Positions 29,506-39,236 of a stretch of DNA of 54,037 bases are shown here, one piece after another. The DNA comes from Deltaproteobacteria bacterium (lineage in GTDB: Bacteria; Myxococcota_A; UBA9160; SMWR01): positions 1-54,037 of the forward strand of contig JAQBHB010000102.1 in the NCBI GenBank assembly GCA_032128115.1, given 5' to 3'. The notes under the pieces were generated by a model. The model saw nothing but the letters and a program-made list of their open reading frames with translations, had not been told where the DNA came from and did not search any database. Made by a program: the position numbers and the translations under genes. The stretch's first letter is position 1, and each line of letters opens with the position of its first letter.

Positions 29506-31257
29506 GTGTCTGGAACCCAGCTCAAGCTCATGGGGCTGCTTTCGACCCTCGTGCTCCTGGTGGTGGCGGGGGTGGGGATCCAGGCCGAGCGCGGCCTGCG
29601 CGCAGCCCAGATGGCCCGGATCACCGAGGCCCTGGAGCAGCGCGCGAACCTCACCCGTGAACTCATCGTCGGCGTCCCCCTGGAACTCGCGGCCGTGGAA
29701 AGCCTGGACGCGGCGGCGGATCGCGCCGGGGCCGCCTCCGGAGCGCGCGTCACCCTGATCGCGGCCGACGGCACGGTCGTCGGGGATTCGGATGTGGGAC
29801 GAGAGCGCCTCGGGTCCCTGGCCAACCACGCCGAGCGGCCCGAGGTGCGCGGGGCCCTGGCGGGTCGGGTCGGGACGAGCACACGCCGAAGCGAGACGGT
29901 GGGCAGGCGCCTGCTCTACCTGGCGGTGCCGGTGGACGGGGGCGGGGTCGTGCGCCTGGCCATGGAGCTTTCGGATCTGGAAGCCGCCGTGGCTTCGCTG
30001 CGCCGCGAACTCCTCGTAGCCAGCGCCGTGGGACTCGCGGCGGCGGTAGGCCTCTCGTATGCGCTCTCGTGGCTCGCCCTGCGGCCGATCCGCGAGATGC
30101 GCGACGTGCTGGCCTCCGTGCTGCGCGGCGACTATCGCACGCGCATGCTCCGCGGCTCCGGCGAGCTGGGCGAGATCACGCGCGCCATCAACGAACTGGC
30201 GGAGCAGTTGCGCGAGCGTCTCCAGGAAGTGACGAGCGAGAAAGAGCAGCTCCAGACCGTGCTCAATGGAATGGTGGAAGGCGTGCTCGTGACGGATGCG
30301 GACGGCCGCATCCTCCTCGCCAACGCCCGGCTCCGTGATTTCTACGGAGCGAGGGGCGGAGTGCTCGGGCGCTCGGTTCTCGAGGCCATGCACGACGCGG
30401 AGCTGGACGAGGTCATGGCCGAGGCCGCGCGCACGGATTCTGCCGTGTCGCGCCAGATCTCGGTGGGTCGAGGTGGCGCTCGGATCCTTCGCGTCCACGC
30501 GGTTCGCTTTCCCGCAGGCTCGGGGCCGCGAACGGGCTCGCTGGCCGTGTTTCACGACGTCTCGGAGCTGACGCGCCTCGAGCACGTGCGCCGGGATTTC
30601 GTGGCCAATGCCTCCCACGAATTGCGCACGCCCCTGACCGCGATTCGCGGCTTTGCGGAGACGATCCTGAACAACGCGTCGCTCTCGTCCGCGGAGCAGC
30701 GTTCGTACATCGAGATCATCGATCGCCATGCGCGCCGGCTGGGCAATCTGGTGGGCGACCTGCTGGAGTTGTCGAAGATCGAGAGTCGGGAGGCGAACCT
30801 GGAATTCGCCAGCGTGAACGTGGAGGCGCTGTCCCGCGCTCTGGTGGCGGACGCCGGCGATCGCTTCAGCAAGCAGGAGCTCGAGGTGCGCTCGCAGGGC
30901 TCCGTGCAGGCCTGGGCCGACCCCCTGGCCGTGGAGCAGGTGCTCACCAACCTGCTGGACAACGCCGTGAAGTACACCGAGCCGGGCGGCCGCATCTGTC
31001 TTGCGATCCAGGGGTCCGACACCTGGGTGCAGGTGCGGATCTCGGATACCGGGATCGGCATTCCGCCCAGCGATCTCTCGCACATCTTCGAGCGCTTCTA
31101 CCGGGTCGACAAGGCGCGTTCCCGGGCCCTGGGCGGAACCGGCCTGGGCCTGTCCATCGTGCGCCACCTGGTGGAGAGCCTGGGTGGTGAGATCAGCGTG
31201 GAGAGCGTGCTGGGGGAGGGGACCACCTTCACCTTCACGCTGCCCCGGGCCCGGTAA
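29506..31257 (+). CDS. phoR: Phosphate regulon sensor histidine kinase PhoR-like (TM-Cache-HAMP-PAS-HisKA-HATPase)
   Basis: NHAERPEV, RRSETVG, MVEGVLV, RRDFVANASHELRTPLT, NLLDNAVKY, IFERFYRVDKARSR, GGTGLGLSIV. Start uncertain. Confidence 0.88.
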   Translation: MSGTQLKLMGLLSTLVLLVVAGVGIQAERGLRAAQMARITEALEQRANLTRELIVGVPLELAAVESLDAAADRAGAASGARVTLIAADGTVVGDSDVGRERLGSLANHAERPEVRGALAGRVGTSTRRSETVGRRLLYLAVPVDGGGVVRLAMELSDLEAAVASLRRELLVASAVGLAAAVGLSYALSWLALRPIREMRDVLASVLRGDYRTRMLRGSGELGEITRAINELAEQLRERLQEVTSEKEQLQTVLNGMVEGVLVTDADGRILLANARLRDFYGARGGVLGRSVLEAMHDAELDEVMAEAARTDSAVSRQISVGRGGARILRVHAVRFPAGSGPRTGSLAVFHDVSELTRLEHVRRDFVANASHELRTPLTAIRGFAETILNNASLSSAEQRSYIEIIDRHARRLGNLVGDLLELSKIESREANLEFASVNVEALSRALVADAGDRFSKQELEVRSQGSVQAWADPLAVEQVLTNLLDNAVKYTEPGGRICLAIQGSDTWVQVRISDTGIGIPPSDLSHIFERFYRVDKARSRALGGTGLGLSIVRHLVESLGGEISVESVLGEGTTFTFTLPRAR

Positions 31258-31276
31258 CCCAACCCACGGTCTGCGA

Positions 31277-31331
31277 CTTCACCCGTTCGTCATGCGTCTG
31301 TGACGGAGTGTTCACATCGCCGCCCTAGCTT
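31277..31331 (+). promoter_or_regulatory. Pho-box-like array (four 11-bp-phased units) plus -10 element upstream of the porin
   Basis: TTCAC (31278), GTCAT (31289), GTGAC (31300), TTCAC (31311) at an exact 11-bp period. TAGCTT at 31326, 10 nt after the last unit. Confidence 0.7.
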
Positions 31332-31385
31332 TCACCCTACGCAGGGCTCCCGAACCGGGAGCTCCCCGCGAGGGAGGAAAGCCGG

Positions 31386-32777
31386 GTGGAACGCAAGACG
31401 GTGACGTGGGTGCTTCTGGGGGTCATCGGGCTGGCGGCGCCAGCCGCGGCGGCCGCGCCCGAGGGCGACGATGTGGCCCTCCAGGAACTGATCCGGATCC
31501 TGCGACAGAAGGGTCTGATCGACGACGACCAGTACATGGAGTTGCAGGAGAAGGCAGACAAGGATGAAGCGGAGAAGGAGAGCTGGCTGCCCAAGGTCAG
31601 CTTCTGGGGCGACATCCGCGGCCGTTGGGAGTACTTCCACTACGACTCGCCGCCGAGTCCAGCCCGCGATGACCGCAGCCGGCTTCGCTACCGCTTCCGG
31701 CTCAATGGCAAGGCCGACGTCAATGACTACGTGGACGTCCTCTTCCGTCTGGCATCCGGCGACGACGACGACCGCAGCACCAACCAGACCCTGGGTAGTT
31801 CACTCGACTTCGACTCGGATCCGATCCGGATCGACCGGGCCTACTTCGCGATCTCCCCCTTCGGCGCTGGCGAGATGCCCGGGATCGGCGGCGACGCCCG
31901 GTTCGAATTCGGCAAGGTGGGCAACCCCTTCGTCTGGAAAGTGGGCAAGGACTTCATGCTGTGGGATCACGACATCAACCCGGAGGGTCTCAGCCTCAAG
32001 CTCTCGAACGATTCCTTCGACGGCCTCGACCTGTTCGCCAACTACGGCTACTACGTCATCGACGAGAACAGCACCTCCAAGGATCCCTACATGATGGCCG
32101 GGCAGCTGGGGGGCGAGTACGAGATCGCCGCCCCGTTCCAGGTGGGCGCCCGCGTGTCGTATTTCCACTTCGGGTCCCTGAACCAGGCCTTCGTGGAACG
32201 CGGCGCGTCGTCGGTGTTCTCTTCGTCCATCACCGACGGAGGCGGCAACATCCTGGACGGGCTCACCGGCTCGGCCACTGGCGGCGCCGCCAACGTGATC
32301 GAAACCACGGCCTACTTCAAGGCCCAATGCGATTGCGCCGAGGACTGGCCGATGACCTTCTACGGCAGCTACTCCCGGAACCTGGACGCGAGTCCCGGGG
32401 CGCTGGTGGGCTATCCGGTCACCCTGCCCGACGGATCCATGACGATGGTCACGACCCTGGGCGCCAGCGCGGACGGCTCGGCCTGGGGCGCGGGAATGGA
32501 GCTGGGTGACGAGACGCGCTGGATCAAGGCTGGCTTCGGCTACTGGTACGTGGGCGCCAACGCCTTCCCGTCCATGTTCACCGACAGCGACCTGTTCGAC
32601 GGCTTCACGAATCGCGAGGGTTGGGCCGTCTACCTGTCGCGGCAGATCTGGAAGAACACGGACCTGAACTGGACCGTGTTCGTGAGCGATCCGATCCACG
32701 AGGGGTCGCAATACACCGTTTCGGTGCCCAACTCGGACCGCATCCGCAGCCAGCTGGACATCTCGATCAAGTTCTAG
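31386..32777 (+). CDS. Putative porin (Porin_5-like), probably phosphate-regulated
   Basis: GGGAGG RBS, signal peptide, LIRILRQKGLI N-domain, GDIRGRWE, RSRLRYRFRL, RLASG...RSTNQTL, IDRAY, WDHDINPEG, terminal SIKF. Confidence 0.85.
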   Translation: MERKTVTWVLLGVIGLAAPAAAAAPEGDDVALQELIRILRQKGLIDDDQYMELQEKADKDEAEKESWLPKVSFWGDIRGRWEYFHYDSPPSPARDDRSRLRYRFRLNGKADVNDYVDVLFRLASGDDDDRSTNQTLGSSLDFDSDPIRIDRAYFAISPFGAGEMPGIGGDARFEFGKVGNPFVWKVGKDFMLWDHDINPEGLSLKLSNDSFDGLDLFANYGYYVIDENSTSKDPYMMAGQLGGEYEIAAPFQVGARVSYFHFGSLNQAFVERGASSVFSSSITDGGGNILDGLTGSATGGAANVIETTAYFKAQCDCAEDWPMTFYGSYSRNLDASPGALVGYPVTLPDGSMTMVTTLGASADGSAWGAGMELGDETRWIKAGFGYWYVGANAFPSMFTDSDLFDGFTNREGWAVYLSRQIWKNTDLNWTVFVSDPIHEGSQYTVSVPNSDRIRSQLDISIKF

Positions 32778-32796
32778 GCGATCCCATCGGATGCGG

Positions 32797-33468
32797 TCAG
32801 GGGCCGTTCGCCCCGCCGTGAATTGCCCGATAGGCCTCGGAAGCCGTGCGCAGGATGCGCTCTGCTTCGGAGGCCTCGCCGTATCCCAGCGACTCGGTGC
32901 GCCCCGGGCCCTTGTAGTGGCTGAACCAGATCTCGACGATCTCGGTGACACCCGGGTACCCTTGCTTCAGGTCGGCCAGGGTCGTCACGTCTGCCAGGGG
33001 CCCGTCGGGCAGCACCGCCACCAGCTTGTCGTCCTGTTCGCTGTCGTCGAGCAGCCGCAGCACCCCCAGCAGTCGCACCCGGGCGACGTGGCCCCGGGGC
33101 AGGGCGTCGCCAAGCACGATCACGTCCAGGGGGTCGCCGTCTCCCCCCAACTCGCTGGGGAGCAGGGTGGCGGGAACCATGCCGTAGTTGCCCGGGTAGG
33201 CCAGGTATTGCACCACTCGCGGGTGTCCATCCCGGATCTCCCATTCGATGGCACTGCCGTCCGTTCGGGTCTCCCACTTGGCGGTGGTGCCCGCGGGAAT
33301 CTCGATCACCGCGTTCAGCGTGCCGTCCCCGTTGGTCGCGGGATAGCCGCTGTGGAAGTTGCGGGGTCCCTGGAGGCGGCGGTCGGAGGGGTCTCTGGAG
33401 CCGTATACGCACCCGGTGGCGTGAATCAGGACCAGCGTGACTGCCACGAGCCAGCGGAACGAACGCAT
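32797..33468 (-). CDS. ppa: Family I inorganic pyrophosphatase with N-terminal lipoprotein signal
   Basis: AVIEIPAG..KWE, YPGNYGMVP.T, GDGDPLDV, DDKLVAV, WFSHYK. Lipobox-like ATGC with Cys20. Confidence 0.88.
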   Translation of the reverse strand: MRSFRWLVAVTLVLIHATGCVYGSRDPSDRRLQGPRNFHSGYPATNGDGTLNAVIEIPAGTTAKWETRTDGSAIEWEIRDGHPRVVQYLAYPGNYGMVPATLLPSELGGDGDPLDVIVLGDALPRGHVARVRLLGVLRLLDDSEQDDKLVAVLPDGPLADVTTLADLKQGYPGVTEIVEIWFSHYKGPGRTESLGYGEASEAERILRTASEAYRAIHGGANGP

Positions 33469-33576
33469 CGGAATTCCCTTCAGAGGAAGAGTCCATGCCG
33501 TACGCCAGTGGCCCTACCTGCTACGACGCCGACTCTCCGGCAACTTCGCCGACAGGATGGGATTCTGAGCGGCTCT

Positions 33577-33768
33577 CTAATTCTTCTTCTGTTCTTCCAG
33601 CTTGATCTTGCCCGCCGATCGATTGGGCTGGGTCACGGTTTCGGTCACCACCGTCTCGACCACGTTCCCGTCGCCGTCCTTTCGGACCTCGACGGTCCGT
33701 GTGAAGCTCGTCGGCGTCGAGCAGGCGCAAAAGGCTAGAAGCGACACCACTGCAATCCACACACGCAC
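33577..33768 (-). CDS. Small lipoprotein (63 aa)
   Basis: GGAGGG RBS, GTG start, hydrophobic leader ending CAC-S, beta-hairpin-like mature region. Confidence 0.65.
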   Translation of the reverse strand: MRVWIAVVSLLAFCACSTPTSFTRTVEVRKDGDGNVVETVVTETVTQPNRSAGKIKLEEQKKN

Positions 33769-33801
33769 TTGATTCCCTCCCGATTCCAAGAGCGCGGAAG
33801 T

Positions 33802-35523
33802 CTAGTCCATCGAGCCGCGTTTGCCCGCATCCGGCGCCGGGATCAGATGGACGTCGCGCTGGGGGAAGGGGATCGAGATCCCTTCGCGGTCGAAGCGCAT
33901 CTTCACCTCGCGCGTCACGCTCCAATAGACGTCCCAGTAGTCCCCGGTATGTACCCACGGTCGCACGATGAAGTCCAGCGACGAATCGTTCAGCTCGTGG
34001 AGTTTTACCAATGGCTCCGGATCGGCAAGCACCTTCGGGTGCTCCTTCAGGATCGACGCGAGCACCGCCTCTGTCTTCTCTACGTCGCTGTCGTAGGCGG
34101 TTTTGAACTTCATGTCGACACGCCGGATCCGTTCGGCGGTGACATTCTTGATGACGTCGCCCCAGATCTTGCTGTTGGGGACCACCAGGGTCTGGTGGTC
34201 GAAGGTGAGGAAGGTGGTGGAGACGAGGCTCATCCTGCTCACCTTGCCCATCACGCCGCCCGCTTCGATTACATCGCCCTCGTCGTAGGGGCGGTAGAGC
34301 AGGATCATGGCGCCGGACGCGAAGTTCGCCAGCGTGTCCTGGAGGGCGAAGCCCACGATGAATCCCGCGATTCCGATCCCGGTCAGCAGTGGGCCGATCT
34401 GGATGCCCAGTTGGGAGAGTCCGATCAGGATACCCAGCGCAAGTACCGCGCCTCCCGTGAGCGAGATGATCATCTCGTGCAGCAGCTTCGAGACGTCGAA
34501 GTTCGAGGCGTCGAGCCCGCGCCTCACCACGCCTCGGGAGACCTTCGACAGCAACCGGGCAGCCAGAATGATCAGCCCGAACAGCAGAAGCTTGAAGAGG
34601 AAGTCGGGGCCGCGCCGGAAGCCCCAGTCCTTCGTGCTGTTCAGCCACTCCCCGGCCAGCCCCAGGGCTACCTGGGAGTCGAAGATGTCGCCGGTGATCT
34701 CTCCGGTGGCGCGGATCAGCAGCTGGCGATGAGAGGCCGTTTCCTGGCCCAGCTCCTGGAGGACCTGGGAGGCCGCCGCCAGGCTGCCTGTGGTCCACTC
34801 GAGCTTCCGCTCGACGGCTCGCAACTTCATCTTCAGTGCGACGTCTTCAGGACTATGTTGGGATTGCCTGGTGAGATCGGCGATCTGCTTGATGGCGAGC
34901 TCGACGCGTCCATCCAGGCTGTCGGCGCGCTCGCCCAGCTCGCGCACCAGGTACTCGCGAACCGGTGTGGCATCCAGGCCAAGCGCCTCGAGGCGGTCGG
35001 CGTGCTTCACCAGCGCTTCGAAGTAGCGATCGACCCGTGCGTTGTGATCCGCCAGGCGCGCCTCGAACGCCAGCTGGCGCTCCGGCTCGAGAGTTTCGCG
35101 TTTCGCGCCCAGCGCGGTCACGTCGGCCTCGCTGCGCTCGGCGAGATTCTGGAGTCCGATGGTTACACGGCTTGCGTATTCCTCCGCTGCCTGGCGCAGG
35201 GCCGCCGCGTCTTCGAGTCCCGCCTCCTCCTGGGCGAGCAGGTTCAGCACCAGCGCATCCACGCTCTCGAGGATGTCGTCTTCCATGCGGCCCATGCGGC
35301 CCTGGATCACCAGGCGATCCTCGCCCTTGGCCCTCCCGAGCTCGTCCTCCAGGGCTTTCCGCTCGCCCACGTTGCCTTCGATCGTCGCGACGAGACCGCG
35401 GGCCTCGGTCACCAGTGGGTTCTCTTCGGCCTCGACCGGGGCAGCCGTCTCTTCCTGGGCGTGGGCGGGGCCTGCCAGGAGCAGGGCAAGCGGCAGTGCA
35501 ATCAGGATCTTCGGAGTCTTCAT
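33802..35523 (-). CDS. MscS family mechanosensitive channel with N-terminal periplasmic coiled-coil
   Basis: Signal peptide ending AHA, helical region, GFALQDTLANFASG, RPYDEGDVI, VPNSKIWG, GISIPFPQRDVH. Confidence 0.93.
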   Translation of the reverse strand: MKTPKILIALPLALLLAGPAHAQEETAAPVEAEENPLVTEARGLVATIEGNVGERKALEDELGRAKGEDRLVIQGRMGRMEDDILESVDALVLNLLAQEEAGLEDAAALRQAAEEYASRVTIGLQNLAERSEADVTALGAKRETLEPERQLAFEARLADHNARVDRYFEALVKHADRLEALGLDATPVREYLVRELGERADSLDGRVELAIKQIADLTRQSQHSPEDVALKMKLRAVERKLEWTTGSLAAASQVLQELGQETASHRQLLIRATGEITGDIFDSQVALGLAGEWLNSTKDWGFRRGPDFLFKLLLFGLIILAARLLSKVSRGVVRRGLDASNFDVSKLLHEMIISLTGGAVLALGILIGLSQLGIQIGPLLTGIGIAGFIVGFALQDTLANFASGAMILLYRPYDEGDVIEAGGVMGKVSRMSLVSTTFLTFDHQTLVVPNSKIWGDVIKNVTAERIRRVDMKFKTAYDSDVEKTEAVLASILKEHPKVLADPEPLVKLHELNDSSLDFIVRPWVHTGDYWDVYWSVTREVKMRFDREGISIPFPQRDVHLIPAPDAGKRGSMD

Positions 35524-35587
35524 GGGATTGCGATTCAGGGTCCTTCATTTTCGTGACGTTCGGCGCCCTGGCGGAGCGTCAGGGAAC

Positions 35588-36664
35588 TCAGGGAAGGCCG
35601 TAGAAGCGCTCGGCGTTGGTCGCCAGGATCCGGGTGCGCGACTTCTCGCTGAGGTCGGTGCGGGTGCGCAGGGGCTTCGTGCTCTCCGGGAAGTCGCCGT
35701 CCCAGTGGGGGTAGTCGCTGGCGTACATCACGAAGTCGTCGCCCAGGATTCCGATCACCCCGGGCAGGATCGGCTCCTCCGGCTCGCAGGTGACGTAGAT
35801 CTGCCCGCGCTCCAGGTACTCCCGAGGCTCGCGTTTCCAGCCGTTCTCGATCCAGGAGCCGCGCTTCTCGTAGTGCTCGTGCATGCGGTCGATGAAATAC
35901 GGCACCCAGCCGACGCCAGCCTCCAGGAAGGCCACCCGCAGCTTCGGGTGCCGCTCCAGCACCCCCCCGCTCACCAGCGATGTCATGGCCGCCATCTGGT
36001 CGAACGGGAAACTCACGCAGTGCACCTGGATGTAGTTGCTGAAGCGATCGACCCCGATCTTGGGCAGGTGGACCCCGGGCGCCCCGTGGATCCCCAACGG
36101 CATGTCCAGGTCGGCGGCCGCCGCGTAGAAGGGATCGAGGTCCGGGTGGTCCAGGTTGCGATCCTTCAGCGCCGGCGGCACCAGGGTGCACACCAGCCCC
36201 GCCTTCTTTGCTTCCGCCATCAGCGAGATCGACGTTTCGATCTGCTCGCTGGGAACGACCGCCACACCGAACAGACGCCCGCCAGACTGCTTGCAGTAGT
36301 CCGCGGTGAACTCGTTGTAGAGCGCCGCGAACCCTGCGGCGAATGTCGGATCTTCCAGGCTGGGCGCGGCGAGGCCCAGGCTGGGATACAGCACCATCTG
36401 GTCGATTCCCTCGCGATCGGCGTCGGCCAGCACACCCGCCAGGCTGTGGGGATCGGCGCCCTCGGCGGCGGTGAGCCCGAACTGCGGCGGACAGCCGGCG
36501 CCCGGTCCCTCGGGCTCCGGGTAGCGCCGCCCCTCGATCACCAGGTTTCCCCCGCTGCCGTCCTCGTTCGGGCGGAATGACATGTGATCGGGCCAGCGCG
36601 TGAGGGCTTCCATGCCGAAGCTCGCGCCCTCTACCATGTGTCCATCCGCGTCGACGATCTTCAC
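35588..36664 (-). CDS. Amidohydrolase family protein (Amidohydro_2)
   Basis: VDADGHMVE, EGIDQMVLYPS, GIHG, FLEAGVGW, YASDYPHWD. GTGA overlap with the upstream gene. Confidence 0.9.
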   Translation of the reverse strand: MKIVDADGHMVEGASFGMEALTRWPDHMSFRPNEDGSGGNLVIEGRRYPEPEGPGAGCPPQFGLTAAEGADPHSLAGVLADADREGIDQMVLYPSLGLAAPSLEDPTFAAGFAALYNEFTADYCKQSGGRLFGVAVVPSEQIETSISLMAEAKKAGLVCTLVPPALKDRNLDHPDLDPFYAAAADLDMPLGIHGAPGVHLPKIGVDRFSNYIQVHCVSFPFDQMAAMTSLVSGGVLERHPKLRVAFLEAGVGWVPYFIDRMHEHYEKRGSWIENGWKREPREYLERGQIYVTCEPEEPILPGVIGILGDDFVMYASDYPHWDGDFPESTKPLRTRTDLSEKSRTRILATNAERFYGLP

Positions 36665-37818
36665 TGCGCGTTTCTCCTGCGGGAGACGTTCCGCCGGCGG
36701 GCCAGGGCGATCGCCGCGACCCACGCCACCAGTCCCATGAGCACTCCGGCGCCCGGGCGGGACAGGCTGGGCACCGCGGTGAAGGTGCAGCCGTCCAGGT
36801 TCAGGTCTACCTCGTTGCCCTCGTGGTCCGACGGCCAGCACACGGGAGACGGCGAGGCGCCGCAGCTGGCGAACGGGTTGGGGGCGTCGGCGAAGATCTG
36901 CGTGGCGGTGCCGTCCGCATCGCCGTCGCCCGGCGTGTCCAGGGCCGGTGTGCAGGTGGCCGAGCTGTCTGGAACCAGGAACGCATAGTCGATTCGTTCG
37001 TCCACGTTGGCGGCGGTGGATTCGAGCTCCGAAAGGTTGCTGGCCCGGCCCGACGTGCAGCCCACACCGGTGGCGATCACGCACTCGGAGTTTCCCGCGG
37101 CCAGATGGGTGTCGATGTAGCCGGCGTCGGTGAGCTGCGTGACTTCGAAGCTTCCGGGCTGGGAGTTCAGATCCCCAGTGATCAGCGCGGGTGTATTGAG
37201 GCCGTGCTTCTCCTGTACGAAGTCCACCAGCTGGATGGCCTGACACTCGCGGAACGTCAGCTCCGGGATGGCGATGCACTCGGCAGGACAGGGCAGGGCC
37301 ATGACCGAGCTGCACAGGTCGGTGGCGCCGTCGCCGCCGGAAGCCAGGTGGGTGGTGAAGACGTCCATGGGACCCACCGGGTGATCGATCCGCACCCAGA
37401 GCACGTGCCGGGTGAAGCCCGGACCGAGAGCGCTGTGCAGTTGCCGCACCTCGCTGTTGACGATGGGGTATCGCGACAGGACCATCTCTTCGTCGACTCC
37501 GAGCACGCCGGAAAAAGCGGTCTGGCCGTCGTACTGGCCGGAGCAGGCGGTGGGCAGCTCCGCCAGGATGAGCTGGCGCGCCCGGATCTGGGACGGGAGG
37601 TCGTTCACCTCCTGGAGCGTCACCACGTCCGGGCAGCCGGCGTCGTCGATCCACTCGAACAGCAGGTCGATGCGGTCCGCCAGCCGGCACTGGTCGGGCG
37701 TGCAGCCGAGACCGTGCAGGATGTTGAGGTTCGCCAGGGTCAGGTCGTCGTCGGCGTGCGCGGCGGCGCCATTGCCGACCCCTGCGATCAGGAGCGCGAG
37801 CAGAGCGAAGGTGCGCAT
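36661..37818 (-). CDS. Secreted endonuclease/exonuclease/phosphatase (EEP) family protein with IPTL-CTERM-like sorting tail
   Basis: Signal peptide ending AHA, NLNILHG, DVVTLQEV, LSRYPI, TTHL, GDLNS, RIDY, SDH. C-terminal VPSLS + TM helix + RRR. Confidence 0.87.
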   Translation of the reverse strand: MRTFALLALLIAGVGNGAAAHADDDLTLANLNILHGLGCTPDQCRLADRIDLLFEWIDDAGCPDVVTLQEVNDLPSQIRARQLILAELPTACSGQYDGQTAFSGVLGVDEEMVLSRYPIVNSEVRQLHSALGPGFTRHVLWVRIDHPVGPMDVFTTHLASGGDGATDLCSSVMALPCPAECIAIPELTFRECQAIQLVDFVQEKHGLNTPALITGDLNSQPGSFEVTQLTDAGYIDTHLAAGNSECVIATGVGCTSGRASNLSELESTAANVDERIDYAFLVPDSSATCTPALDTPGDGDADGTATQIFADAPNPFASCGASPSPVCWPSDHEGNEVDLNLDGCTFTAVPSLSRPGAGVLMGLVAWVAAIALARRRNVSRRRNAQ

Positions 37819-37981
37819 GGATCCAATCTCTCATGCGGTCCGTGACGCGTCAAGCCGGTGGCCGACCTTGACGCGGTCCGCCCGGGTCTCCACGATGAGG
37901 GCATCGCCCCCCGACCCGCTCCTCGAGACGACTGGCCAGATGGCGGATCTTCGACCCCACGCCTGGAGAATCCCGACCCGG

Positions 37982-39229
37982 ATGTTTCGCGTGATTGTCC
38001 TCGTTGCGCTGCTGGCCGGCTGTGCGCCCGGAATCGTCTCTCACGGTCGCATTCGTTCCGAGCTCTTCGCCGACGTACTGGTTCGCACCGAGCGGGCGCG
38101 AGGCATCGCGGTGGAAGGCGATGTAGACGCCCGCGCCGTGAACCAGCGCGAGCTGGCGGAGATCGTACGGAGCGCGGCGTTGTCCCAGTGGGAGCCGGAT
38201 GAATTCCAACGCTACCAGGACTCGCTGACGGCCGTGGGGCTGTGGCCTGCGGGTCGCGACCTGATGGAAGAGTACGTCGCCACCCTGGGGGACGAGGCGG
38301 CGGGGCTCTACGTGCCGTCCGATCGCAGGGTCTACGTGGTGAGCAACCCCGGGATTCCGTTCTCGCTGCGGATCTCCCAGGCGCTGATGCGACGCGATCT
38401 CGTGCGCGAGATGTCGCTCTCCCACGAGCTGGTGCACCTGTTGCAACACCAGGCCTACCCGCACCTCATGGGACTTTCTCCCTCGCTCAAGGGACAGGAC
38501 GACGTGAGCTACGCGGTACAGGCCGCCGTGGAGGGGGACGCGCTTCGCTACGGCCTGGAGGCGCTGGAGCTGCTTCCAATGCTGCCGGATCCCGACGACT
38601 TCCAGCGCGATTTCGAGGGCGAGATCGAGGGCGGCAGGCTCGCCGAAGCACCGGCGGTGATCCGGATCTCGATCGCGCTGCCCTACAGCCAGGGGTACCG
38701 GCTGGCCTATCTGGAGGCGACCGGGCTGCTGGAGGCGCCGCCTGTTTCCACCGAGCAGACCCTCCACCCGAACAAGCGCCGTGAATCCTTCCTGGTGTTC
38801 GACCTGGGCGGCCTGCGGTCACAGCTCCCGGCAGGCTGCGTGTTCGTCTACGAGAACACGGTGGGCGAGCTGGCGCTCTCGGCGCTCATGACCGAGCTGC
38901 AGCCTGTTTCGAGCGAGGCCTGGGAAGGCTGGGATGGCGATCGCTACCTGGTGTCGCGCTGTCAGGGTGTTCTGGAGCTGCTGTGGATCAGCACCTGGGA
39001 CACGGAGGCCGATGCGCTGGAGTTTGCCGCGTCCTACCGCGAGATCGCCGGACCCCTGGCCAGGGCATCGGAACTGCCCAGCGTGCCCCAGGTGTCGCGG
39101 ACGGGCCGCCAGGTGGTGATCTCGACCCGGCGGCTTCGGCCCCTGACGGAGTTGCTAGATCGCGCGCGCCAGAAGCGGGTGGCAACACTTCGCGAGTTCT
39201 ACGAGTTCCTCGACGGGCGGGAGGAATAG
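37982..39229 (+). CDS. Lipoprotein, putative zincin metallopeptidase (HExxH)
   Basis: Lipobox LAGC, AAGLYVP, LSHELVHLLQHQ, AVEGDA, PYSQG, PPVSTEQTLHP, GWDGDRY. Confidence 0.78.
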   Translation: MFRVIVLVALLAGCAPGIVSHGRIRSELFADVLVRTERARGIAVEGDVDARAVNQRELAEIVRSAALSQWEPDEFQRYQDSLTAVGLWPAGRDLMEEYVATLGDEAAGLYVPSDRRVYVVSNPGIPFSLRISQALMRRDLVREMSLSHELVHLLQHQAYPHLMGLSPSLKGQDDVSYAVQAAVEGDALRYGLEALELLPMLPDPDDFQRDFEGEIEGGRLAEAPAVIRISIALPYSQGYRLAYLEATGLLEAPPVSTEQTLHPNKRRESFLVFDLGGLRSQLPAGCVFVYENTVGELALSALMTELQPVSSEAWEGWDGDRYLVSRCQGVLELLWISTWDTEADALEFAASYREIAGPLARASELPSVPQVSRTGRQVVISTRRLRPLTELLDRARQKRVATLREFYEFLDGREE

Positions 39230-39236
39230 CTCCGCT

